DNA of 64,000 bases, taken from assembly GCA_027490755.1 (NCBI GenBank), contig JAIXXL010000021.1, positions 25,675-89,674 of the forward strand, written 5' to 3'. This document shows positions 51,247 through 59,038 of the stretch, piece after piece. Numbering within the stretch: the stretch's first letter is position 1; each line of letters starts with the position of its first letter. Both the position numbers and the translations under genes were made by a program. Under the pieces are notes generated by a model, which worked only from the letters and a program-made list of their open reading frames with translations, searched no databases and was not told where the DNA came from. Source of the DNA: Betaproteobacteria bacterium (GTDB lineage: Bacteria > Pseudomonadota > Gammaproteobacteria > Burkholderiales > UBA3065).

Positions 51247-52161
51247 GTGGTCGGCAAAGGCACTGGGGCGGGAGACGTCTCTTCCGGGCGTGAGGGGGCG
51301 GTTGTCGTGATCGGGGTGATGACCGGTGCCGCGGTCTGGGGCTTGGTCTGGTATCCCTACCGCGCGCTTGAGGCCGCCGGGTTCTCTTCTACCGCATCGA
51401 CGGCGCTGACCTACGCCATCAGTCTGGCCGTTGGCGTCGCGTTGTTCGGCACCCGGCTCGGCGAGCTGCGACGGCACTGGCGCGCGGTGCTGCTGATCGC
51501 GGTCATCGCCGGCTGGACCAATCTTTCCTATGTGCTCGGCATGGTCGGCGGCGAGGTCATGCGCGTGCTGCTGTTGTTCTACCTGGCGCCGCTGTGGACC
51601 GTGATTCTTGCGCGCATCGTGCTCGGCGAGCGGCTGACGCTGCAGTCCGGTGTACTGGTCGCGCTGTCGCTGGCGGGCGCCCTGATCATGCTCTGGCCGG
51701 AGCAGGGCCTGCCCCTGCCGGCCAATGCGGCCGAATGGTTCGGCGTGACCGGCGGCATGAGCTTCGCCAGCATGAACGTGCTGTCGAAGGGCGCAGACCA
51801 GGTGAGCATCGAGACCAAGTCGGTGGCGACCTGGGCAGGCGTCCTCATCGTGTCCGCCATCTGGCTGGCGGTGGGCGGGGGGGCGTGGGCGGTGCCGGCG
51901 GCCGGCTGGGCGGAGTGGCTGATCCTCGTCCTGCTTGGTGTGGCGATGTTTGCCAGCACGGTGATCATTCAACACGGCATCCAGCGGGTCCCGGCCAATA
52001 CCGCGATCGTTCTGTTCCTGATCGAGCTGGTGGCGGGTGCGGTGTCCGCGGCGTTGTTGTCGGACGAGATGCTGCGGCCACAGGACTGGCTGGGTGGGTC
52101 GCTGATCATCGGCGCGAGTCTGGTGGCTGCGGCGAGAAAGGTAGGGGGCAGACGAGATTGA
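51247..52161 (+). CDS. EamA/DMT-family transporter
   Basis: About 10 TM helices with two EamA-like halves. GTG 51247 was chosen so that TM1 ('AVVVIGVMTGAAVWGLVW') is retained. Start uncertain (track ORF begins at 51130). Confidence 0.7.
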   Translation: MVGKGTGAGDVSSGREGAVVVIGVMTGAAVWGLVWYPYRALEAAGFSSTASTALTYAISLAVGVALFGTRLGELRRHWRAVLLIAVIAGWTNLSYVLGMVGGEVMRVLLLFYLAPLWTVILARIVLGERLTLQSGVLVALSLAGALIMLWPEQGLPLPANAAEWFGVTGGMSFASMNVLSKGADQVSIETKSVATWAGVLIVSAIWLAVGGGAWAVPAAGWAEWLILVLLGVAMFASTVIIQHGIQRVPANTAIVLFLIELVAGAVSAALLSDEMLRPQDWLGGSLIIGASLVAAARKVGGRRD

Positions 52162-52241
52162 GTGGACATGAAGCGCAGGTGTCGCTCAGCCGGTATCTGA
52201 CCGGGCCCAGCCTTTTTGGCGCGTGCTCCGGGGCACTGGTC

Positions 52242-54836
52242 ATGATGCGTCTTTCGCCTCAGTTGATTGCCTGGCTGGGTGGTGTAGCCAAGCGCGTTGA
52301 TCTGGCGATTTGGCGAAAGACCCTAGAGCTCGTGCTCGGGCGAGCGCCTGAACCGGCGCGTCACGGGCCCGGCACTGCGCAGACTCTCCGCTGGATCGAC
52401 CACCTGCTCGCGCTCAATGATGCCCTGCGTCTTTACTACTGCATCGCACAGGAGCCAGCGCGCGTCCACGAGTTGTCCTCGACTCGCTTGGTCACTTTTG
52501 TGCCTTGTGATGATTCACAGTTGGGCTTGCGCGCCACTGCCGTATCGGTCGCCATGCTTCTCGACATGCTTGGGCCGCGCCTGGGCAATACCCGCTTCGG
52601 ATCGTTCCAACCACTGGATCACGGCTTGTCTGAACGTTTGCGTGAACGGGTCCGCGCCTGGCGCGAATGGGCCGAGGCCAACGCGCTGAACGTCAACGCC
52701 CGCTGGATCGCGCGCGAGGCTGTTGCGCGGGGCATCCCGTATCACCGTGAACCTGGATCCAAGCTGCTCGTTCGGCTCGGGCATGGTGCGAGCCAGCGGC
52801 GACTCAACGGCCCGTACGTGGACCGGGTGAGCAGCGTTGCCACGCATTGGTCAAATGACAAATGGCAGACCAGCAACCTCTTCGCCGCGCACGGCCTGCC
52901 GACGGCCGGGACCCGGTTGGTCGCCAGTTTCGAGCAGGCTCTGGCCCAGGCTAAGCGGTTCGGCTGGCCGGTCGTCGTCAAGCCGCGTTCTACTGACAAG
53001 GGCGTCGGCATCACCATCAACATCACCGACGAACCCGGCCTGCGGCAAGCTTTTGAGCATGCCACCAGATTTCGCGGGGGTGTCCTCGTGGAGCGCCATG
53101 TATCCGGATATGACCATCGCCTGCTGGTGGTCGGTGGCCGCTTTGTCGCCGCTGCTCTCCGACTGCCCGCACGCGTCGAGGGCGATGGCCAAAGGACCAT
53201 CGCGGAACTTGTCCATGCCCTGAATCTGGCCCGGTTTACGGGTCGGTTGCCAGGCGCCTACCGCTCTGAGGTGCCTGTGGTCCTGGACCATGAAGCGCTG
53301 CGGGTCCTCATAGCCCAGGGGTATGCGCCGGGTGACGTTCCAGCGGCAGGCGCCACGGTCACCCTTCGTGGGAACGCGAATCTTTCGACAGGCGGGAGTG
53401 CCGAGGACGTTACCGAGCAGGTTCACGTCGACAACCGCGCGCTGGCGGAGCAAGCGGCACGCCTCATAGGGCTGTGCACGGCAGGGCTCGACCTGCAGAC
53501 GAGCGATATCAGCCGGTCTTGGCGCGAGGTCGGCGGCGCTATCCTCGAGATCAACGCCGGCCCGGGTCTGCCGGTGCACCACTCGAGAACGTCCCGCTAC
53601 ACGGTACGAAAGGCCATCGTCGACGATCTGTTCCCGGCAGGGGCGACCGGTCGGATCCCCACCGCAGGTGTGACTGGCAGCATCGGCAAGACCACAACCT
53701 GCCGCATGCTTTCGAGCATCCTGAAGCATGCCGGGCACACGGTAGCGCTCACGGGCACCCAAGGCGCCTTCCTCGACGAGCGGCAGTTGCGAAAGGGCGA
53801 TCTGGCGGGGGGGCGGGCGGCACTGTCTCTGCTGCAAGACCCTGCGGCCACCGCCTGCGTCGCTGAGCTGGCGCGTGGGGGCCTCATCCGTAGCGGCTTG
53901 GGGTTGGACGTCCTCGATGTCGGTTCGGTGCTGAATGTGTACGACAACCATGTCGGGCTCGACGGCATCGAGACCCGCGAGCAGATGGCCCGCGTCAAGC
54001 AGTTGGTCGTCAGGCATGCCCGGCAGCTGGCGGTCCTGAACGCGGATGACCCGCTATGTCTGGCGATGAGCGATGGTATGGACCCGACCAGGGTGTGTCT
54101 GGTCAGCGAGGCGATGAGTCCGCGACTGACGGCGCACCTTGAGGCGGGTGGCATGGTCGCGACGATGCGCGACGCGGAACGAGGCCCGCTGCTCAGTTTG
54201 CAACGGGGCGCCGACATTCTGGGGGAGATGCCCGTCGCAGACATCCCGGCGACGTGGGGTGCCAGATTCCGCCCGGCGATGCTCAACGCACTGTTCGCTG
54301 CGGCTCTGGCTCACGGGCTCCGCGTACCGTTTCGGCATATCGAGACCGGCCTGGCGGCCTTTACGTCCGATTACGCCAGCAACCCGGGGCGGACGAACCG
54401 CATCTCGGGTCTGCCGTTCGATCTGTGGGTCGCGTGGTGCGATGGCCCCGAGGCGTGCACCGAGATGTCGCGCTTGATGTCCCGAATCGGGGGCGATGTG
54501 ATAGGGCATCTGGTGATCTATGCGGTTGGCAATCGCCCTGACGCCTTCACCCGCGCCTCAGCAGACGCTGTCGCCGGCGCTTTCGATCGCTACTACTGCA
54601 CCGACATGGAAGAAGACCGTCGCGGACGGGCGTTCGGCGAGGTCGCTGGGCTGCTGGCCGACAGCCTTCGGAAGGCAGGGGTCGCCGACTCCGCGATCGT
54701 CGTCGAGCCCTCCAGCAGTGCCGCCGTAAAAAGGGCCTTGGCCGAGATGCCAGCGGGGGGCATGTTGGTCATCCAGACCTACCATCCCGACACAGTCATG
54801 GCCTCGGTGCGTGCCATGTGGCCCGACGCCGCCTAG
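52242..54836 (+). CDS. Cyanophycin synthetase-like protein (N-terminal region + ATP-grasp + Mur-ligase-like domain)
   Basis: ATG-ATG at 52242 (in-frame GTG alternative at 52179). ATP-grasp blocks 'GWPVVVKPRSTDKGVGI', 'VLVERHVSGYDHRLLVVGGRFVAAALR' and 'AILEINAGPGLPVH'. Mur-ligase P-loop 'GVTGSIGKTTTCRML' and 'VAELARGGLIRSGLGLD...NVYDNHVG', as in CphA. The upstream part of the 1080-aa track ORF overlaps the EamA gene in another frame. Confidence 0.8.
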   Translation: MMRLSPQLIAWLGGVAKRVDLAIWRKTLELVLGRAPEPARHGPGTAQTLRWIDHLLALNDALRLYYCIAQEPARVHELSSTRLVTFVPCDDSQLGLRATAVSVAMLLDMLGPRLGNTRFGSFQPLDHGLSERLRERVRAWREWAEANALNVNARWIAREAVARGIPYHREPGSKLLVRLGHGASQRRLNGPYVDRVSSVATHWSNDKWQTSNLFAAHGLPTAGTRLVASFEQALAQAKRFGWPVVVKPRSTDKGVGITINITDEPGLRQAFEHATRFRGGVLVERHVSGYDHRLLVVGGRFVAAALRLPARVEGDGQRTIAELVHALNLARFTGRLPGAYRSEVPVVLDHEALRVLIAQGYAPGDVPAAGATVTLRGNANLSTGGSAEDVTEQVHVDNRALAEQAARLIGLCTAGLDLQTSDISRSWREVGGAILEINAGPGLPVHHSRTSRYTVRKAIVDDLFPAGATGRIPTAGVTGSIGKTTTCRMLSSILKHAGHTVALTGTQGAFLDERQLRKGDLAGGRAALSLLQDPAATACVAELARGGLIRSGLGLDVLDVGSVLNVYDNHVGLDGIETREQMARVKQLVVRHARQLAVLNADDPLCLAMSDGMDPTRVCLVSEAMSPRLTAHLEAGGMVATMRDAERGPLLSLQRGADILGEMPVADIPATWGARFRPAMLNALFAAALAHGLRVPFRHIETGLAAFTSDYASNPGRTNRISGLPFDLWVAWCDGPEACTEMSRLMSRIGGDVIGHLVIYAVGNRPDAFTRASADAVAGAFDRYYCTDMEEDRRGRAFGEVAGLLADSLRKAGVADSAIVVEPSSSAAVKRALAEMPAGGMLVIQTYHPDTVMASVRAMWPDAA

Positions 54837-54846
54837 CGCCTTCCCG

Positions 54847-56646
54847 TCAGCGTGCGTTCGCCGTGTCGGCGGCGTTGGCCTCGAGCATCGGCTCCAGCAG
54901 TTCCTTGAGGCGGCGGATGACGTTGGTATCCAGGTCAGCTTTGTTGCGCTGCCGCCCCGAGTGATCCTCCACCGTCGTGAAGCGGTCGACAGGGCTGCCG
55001 GTGCGCAGTAGTTCTTCGTTACTCACCACCAAGACGATGCGGTCGACGTCCGGGTCCAGCAGAAGGGCGGTGCAGCGTGCGTAAAGCCCTCGCGCTGTCA
55101 GGACCAACTCGGTTCGGTCGGGCCCGACCGTCCGGTCGTGGTCGGTGATGTAACAGCGCTCGTTGCTCGCGGCCGCCTCCGCGCGGATTTTCTCGGCGCG
55201 CTTCCAGGCCGACCCACCGCCAAGGATTGCATGGACAGGGATGCGGCCAGCGTGCGGAAGTACCGTCTCGAACATCTTGCGCAACAACGCTCGCGTACGC
55301 GGACCGCCGGACACGAAAGGTGCCGAGTTCACCTCGATGATGACGGCAGAGTTCTCGTGCCAAGGTATGGATGCGTCATCCGTCATAAGGTCCACACCGG
55401 CGATGTCCAGCCCCATCTGCCGCGCGGCCCGCACGCAGATCGCCGCGTTATCCGGGTGCAGATGGTCCGTTACGTTCCCAGATTCACCACCCCACTCTGT
55501 GGATTCTCGCGGGCGCAGGTAGACCCATCGTCCCTCAGTCGGCACAGACTCTACGGTGAGTCCCTGGCGGGAGAGTTCGGCCTCGGCGACCTTGTCGATC
55601 TGCGGCACATTCGATCGCTCCCACAATGGCTTGAGGCTCGCCTGGTGGTTTGCCAGCGTGATGAGCTCTTGTACCGTCGATGTCCCATCGCCCTGAATAC
55701 GTCTCGGAAAGCGCGTCACAGCAAACAGCACGCTGCCGAATCCCACCAGTACACGGTGGCAGATTCCGGGCGCCTGAGCTTCGACGAGGACCCGGCGCGA
55801 CAGTCTGTTTGCAGCCTCGAAGGCGGCGGCGAGGGTCGTCTCGTCGCCGATGCCGGTGGTCACGCCCTCTCCCCGGTCACGGTCGTTGGGTTTCACAACC
55901 ACGGGCCATCCGATCGCACGCGCGGCCTCAGCAGCTTGCTGCTCATCCAGAACCAGATGGTTCAAAGGCACAGGGATCCCAACCTGGCGCAAGATCTGCG
56001 TGGTCAGGGATTTTCTTTGAGCTGCACTTGCACCCAGATGAGAATCGGTGGAGACGTTGCTGCGGTGCAAGCGCATGGCTCTCGCTCCCCAGCCCAGGCA
56101 GTAGCGCGATGCTCCGAGGTGCAGGAAGGGAATGTCAGCGTCGTACGCGGCCCACAAAAGGCCGATCGAAGACTTGCCGCCTTCGCTCATGGTGCTTCGG
56201 ACCGGTTCGATGAACCCATCATGGATGCTCTTCTGCAGGCTCTCGTGGTCTCGTTCCGCAGCCGCGGGTTCAAGCCCCGCTTGCAGGATCCGTATGGCCA
56301 ACTTGTAGGCACTGTTGCGCTGCGCGGGCGGAAGAGGGTCGACGACCGGGACGCGGGCCACCACTTCGAACATGTCGTTCTCACCGGGCACGATCCGAAC
56401 GACAAGCCCGGCCTCGAAGACCGGTGCCCGGGCGGCCCGAAGGAGATGCGCGGCGAGCGCCAGCAGCCGATCGACGAGCAGCGCCGGGGTCGGGCTGGCG
56501 CCGGCCGACTCACCGGGCGGGAGACCAGTCCAACGCTCGAGCACTTGATCGAGTCTGGCTATCTCGCATGTGGTCTGGAGCGTGGCCTTGTCGACCCGGA
56601 GCGTGATGGTTCGCGTCCTTTGGCGGAGGCCGGGTAGGTAGCTCAT
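54847..56646 (-). CDS. CphA2-like ATP-grasp protein (CphA-type N/ATP-grasp regions, vestigial Mur-ligase region without P-loop)
   Basis: 599 aa. 'GKSSIGLLWAAYDADIPFLHLG...CLGWGARAMRL', 'GWPVVVKPNDRDRGEGV', 'VLVEAQAPGICHRVLV' and 'AVIIEVNSAPFV' are paralogous to 52242-54836. At the position of the P-loop it reads 'ILGGGSAWKRA'. Confidence 0.75.
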   Translation of the reverse strand: MSYLPGLRQRTRTITLRVDKATLQTTCEIARLDQVLERWTGLPPGESAGASPTPALLVDRLLALAAHLLRAARAPVFEAGLVVRIVPGENDMFEVVARVPVVDPLPPAQRNSAYKLAIRILQAGLEPAAAERDHESLQKSIHDGFIEPVRSTMSEGGKSSIGLLWAAYDADIPFLHLGASRYCLGWGARAMRLHRSNVSTDSHLGASAAQRKSLTTQILRQVGIPVPLNHLVLDEQQAAEAARAIGWPVVVKPNDRDRGEGVTTGIGDETTLAAAFEAANRLSRRVLVEAQAPGICHRVLVGFGSVLFAVTRFPRRIQGDGTSTVQELITLANHQASLKPLWERSNVPQIDKVAEAELSRQGLTVESVPTEGRWVYLRPRESTEWGGESGNVTDHLHPDNAAICVRAARQMGLDIAGVDLMTDDASIPWHENSAVIIEVNSAPFVSGGPRTRALLRKMFETVLPHAGRIPVHAILGGGSAWKRAEKIRAEAAASNERCYITDHDRTVGPDRTELVLTARGLYARCTALLLDPDVDRIVLVVSNEELLRTGSPVDRFTTVEDHSGRQRNKADLDTNVIRRLKELLEPMLEANAADTANAR

Positions 56647-56782
56647 CGAGATCTTCGCGCGGGTTCGATATAGATACGCCGCAGGATACTTGCTCGCGAC
56701 GCGGCTTTCGAGTTAGCCTGCGGATGCGATGGGGGTCTCGCCCCGCAAAGTAGTTTTTCGCCAACTCTTGAGGGAACCACAG

Positions 56783-56881
56783 ATGCAAAATCAAGCTCCG
56801 CTCGCCCCGTATGGCGCGCTTCGTTTCACTCCGATCTCTACCAAAGTCGGTGGTGGCAAGGGTCTCGACAAGCCCGCCTGA
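56783..56881 (+). CDS. Unannotated 32-codon ORF (candidate precursor/primer peptide)
   Basis: 'gaggga'-N7-ATG. Translation 'MQNQAPLAPYGALRFTPISTKVGGGKGLDKPA'. It ends 20 nt before the HExxH ORF and is too short for the ORF track. Only positional evidence supports it. Confidence 0.3.
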   Translation: MQNQAPLAPYGALRFTPISTKVGGGKGLDKPA

Positions 56882-56901
56882 TCCCCGAGTGGTCCTCCAG
56901 T

Positions 56902-58014
56902 TTGCCATTGCTCGAACCTTGCTTTGCTGAAGGTGCTTCGCTTGACGCGGACATAAACGCCGCGCTTCGTGAAGGGGTGGCATGGTGTGCGCAACAAGCC
57001 GGGCTTGACCCGGCTTGTTGTTTTGATGGCGGGCCGATGCCGTCTGCGTGGTGCGGCAGCCCGGTCGATTTCGCTGCCTATTACGATTGGGCCATAGCCT
57101 TGACGTCGGCCGTCGACGATCCGCCGGCTCCCTGGGAGCCGGCTTCTTCTTCCGGTTCTGATGCAGCGGCGCGGCGTTGGCGTCCCTTTCTGCAACATTT
57201 CTCCGCCGCGTTCGCCTCGTCGGCCCGACCCGCGACCGATCACGCGACCCGTAACGTGTTGGCCGCGCCCGCCGTCGTCACCTTGGGCGAGCCTTGGTTC
57301 GACGCCGCAGCGAGCGAGCGCATCGTCCGCTGGTTGGACCTTGAGCCTGACAACGCCATGGCGCTGGTCGGCCTCAGCGCCGCTGAACTCCACGAGGCTC
57401 GCAGCGATGTCGAGCGCGCATTGGCTGCGTTGGCGGCCTGGGCACCCGGTTTCCACGGCGAGTTCGTCGCGGTGGTGCGGCGGTTGATCGTCGTCAAGCC
57501 GTCTGGCTCGCAGCGGATGACCTTCCGTGCCGCATCTTCGTTTGCGCTGTGGGGCGCTCTGGCCGGCAACCAGCAGGTGCACCCGCGCTGGTGGGACTGG
57601 GTGCCCACCTTGGTCCATGAGACGGCGCACTCGATCCTGTTCGCCCTGTCGCGACACGCCCCACTGGTCGAGAACGACCCAGCGGAGCGTTACGCCTCGC
57701 CCTTGCGCGATGATCCTCGGCCGATCGACGGCATCTACCACGCAGCATTTGTCTCGGCGCGCGAGGCGGTGGCTTTGGGCGAGTGTCTGCAGGCGATCGA
57801 TGCTGGCGTGGCACTTCCCGGAGTGGGTGATGATGAAGTCAGCGCTGTGCGCGCCGACTTTGCCGCGGTGCGGGAGAACTCGGTGCGGTCTTTTCATGAC
57901 TGCGTCGCCGTGCTCGAGCGGCATGCGCGGTTGAGCCCGTCTGGTCGCGACATACTTGATACGCTGCGACGGGAGCTTGAGGCGTTGGTCGGTGCGGCGG
58001 TCCACGCTGCTTAG
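56902..58014 (+). CDS. HExxH-motif domain protein (peptide beta-hydroxylase-like family)
   Basis: 370 aa, TTG start. The central 'PTLVHETAHSILF' HExxH motif sits in a helix-rich protein with no signal peptide, so it resembles the HEXXH-motif domain family rather than a classical zincin protease. Confidence 0.65.
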   Translation: MPLLEPCFAEGASLDADINAALREGVAWCAQQAGLDPACCFDGGPMPSAWCGSPVDFAAYYDWAIALTSAVDDPPAPWEPASSSGSDAAARRWRPFLQHFSAAFASSARPATDHATRNVLAAPAVVTLGEPWFDAAASERIVRWLDLEPDNAMALVGLSAAELHEARSDVERALAALAAWAPGFHGEFVAVVRRLIVVKPSGSQRMTFRAASSFALWGALAGNQQVHPRWWDWVPTLVHETAHSILFALSRHAPLVENDPAERYASPLRDDPRPIDGIYHAAFVSAREAVALGECLQAIDAGVALPGVGDDEVSAVRADFAAVRENSVRSFHDCVAVLERHARLSPSGRDILDTLRRELEALVGAAVHAA

Positions 58015-58087
58015 CTTCGCCAGCCAGCCCCGAGGCTGATCAAGCCCGTGCGGGTTGACTTGCCGCGGCAGCCCTAGCCCGCCAACC

Positions 58088-58999
58088 ATGAACATCCTGC
58101 TCACCGGGGCATCGGGGTATTTCGGCAGCGCGCTTTTGGCCGAACTCTTGCCGGCCCACCGCGCGAACCTGCACCGGGTGACCGTGCTAGTTCGCGGGGA
58201 CCAGGCAGCGCAGTCGGGTCGGTCAGACGTCCCCACGCTGCGCGAGATGGACTTGCACGCGTCGACGCTCCGCTCGCGAGGCATCGATACCGTCATCCAT
58301 CTTGCTGCAGCGCGCTCGTCCACAGATATCCCAGCGCAGAACCGCTCCCTGGAGTTGAGCCGCAGACTGCTCGAAGCCTCAGCGGGTGCAGATGTGAGGC
58401 GCCTCGTCCTCGCGTCCAGTCACGCCGTGTACGGGACACAGCCAACGCCGTGGGACGAGGATGTGACTGTTCCCGCGCCCGTGACCTTGTACGGCTTGGC
58501 AAAACGCGCAACCGAGTTGATGCTCGATGCCAGTCCGGTGTCGACGGTCTCGGCCCGTCTGGCCAAGCTGGTCGGGCCGTCGCCGAGGTTCCGCGTTCAG
58601 CCAAGCGAACTCCCCCACGTCCTCTTGTCGTACGCCCTCAAGGGAAAGCTGGTTGTGATGCGCAACCCTAAACAGCGTTTCGATTTCCTCGACGTGCGCG
58701 ATGCAGTGCAGGGGGTCATCGCGATCGCCAACCACTCTGGGGAGGGGTTGCCAGGTGCGATCAACTTGGGTTCAGGTGGCGTGGTGATGAGTGCGGAGGT
58801 TGCCGCAATGGTCGATGACGTGTTCCGACCAATGGGTTTTCCCCTGCGTTATCAATTCGAGACCGAGAGTACGCCAGCACCGAGGGACTTCGGGATGTCC
58901 ATCAAACTTGCCCACCGTTGCTTGGGGTGGAGCCCGGAAATCGCCCTGCGGATGACGCTTGAAGGTATTGCAGGGCAATGGGCAATACGTGCCCTCTAA
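58088..58999 (+). CDS. NAD-dependent epimerase/dehydratase (extended SDR)
   Basis: ATG 58088: 'MNILLTGASGYFGSAL' (Rossmann GxxGxxG) and catalytic 'YGLAK' (YxxxK). Confidence 0.8.
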   Translation: MNILLTGASGYFGSALLAELLPAHRANLHRVTVLVRGDQAAQSGRSDVPTLREMDLHASTLRSRGIDTVIHLAAARSSTDIPAQNRSLELSRRLLEASAGADVRRLVLASSHAVYGTQPTPWDEDVTVPAPVTLYGLAKRATELMLDASPVSTVSARLAKLVGPSPRFRVQPSELPHVLLSYALKGKLVVMRNPKQRFDFLDVRDAVQGVIAIANHSGEGLPGAINLGSGGVVMSAEVAAMVDDVFRPMGFPLRYQFETESTPAPRDFGMSIKLAHRCLGWSPEIALRMTLEGIAGQWAIRAL

Positions 59000-59038
59000 A
59001 CCCCTGGACCGTGACGCTGGCCCGTCCTGACGACCCTA

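Noticed and set aside
50134-51975. 613-aa minus-strand ORF spanning dapC and the EamA gene
   Set aside because: It is out of frame with dapC and antisense to the transporter, with a Arg/Pro/Gly/His-rich translation.
51594-52241. 5' part of the 1080-aa track ORF preceding the CphA-like gene
   Set aside because: It overlaps the EamA transporter gene in another frame and has no CphA-like sequence. Plausible starts are GTG 52179 or ATG 52242.
52851-54017. 388-aa minus-strand ORF inside the CphA-like gene
   Set aside because: Antisense shadow ORF. The plus-strand frame carries the ATP-grasp and Mur-ligase motifs.
55138-56637. 499-aa plus-strand ORF opposite the CphA2-like gene
   Set aside because: The minus-strand frame carries blocks paralogous to the other two CphA-like proteins. 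The plus-strand translation has no motifs.
56791-58323. 510-aa minus-strand ORF opposite the HExxH and SDR genes
   Set aside because: It spans two plus-strand genes that have recognisable motifs, and its translation is Arg-rich and low-complexity.
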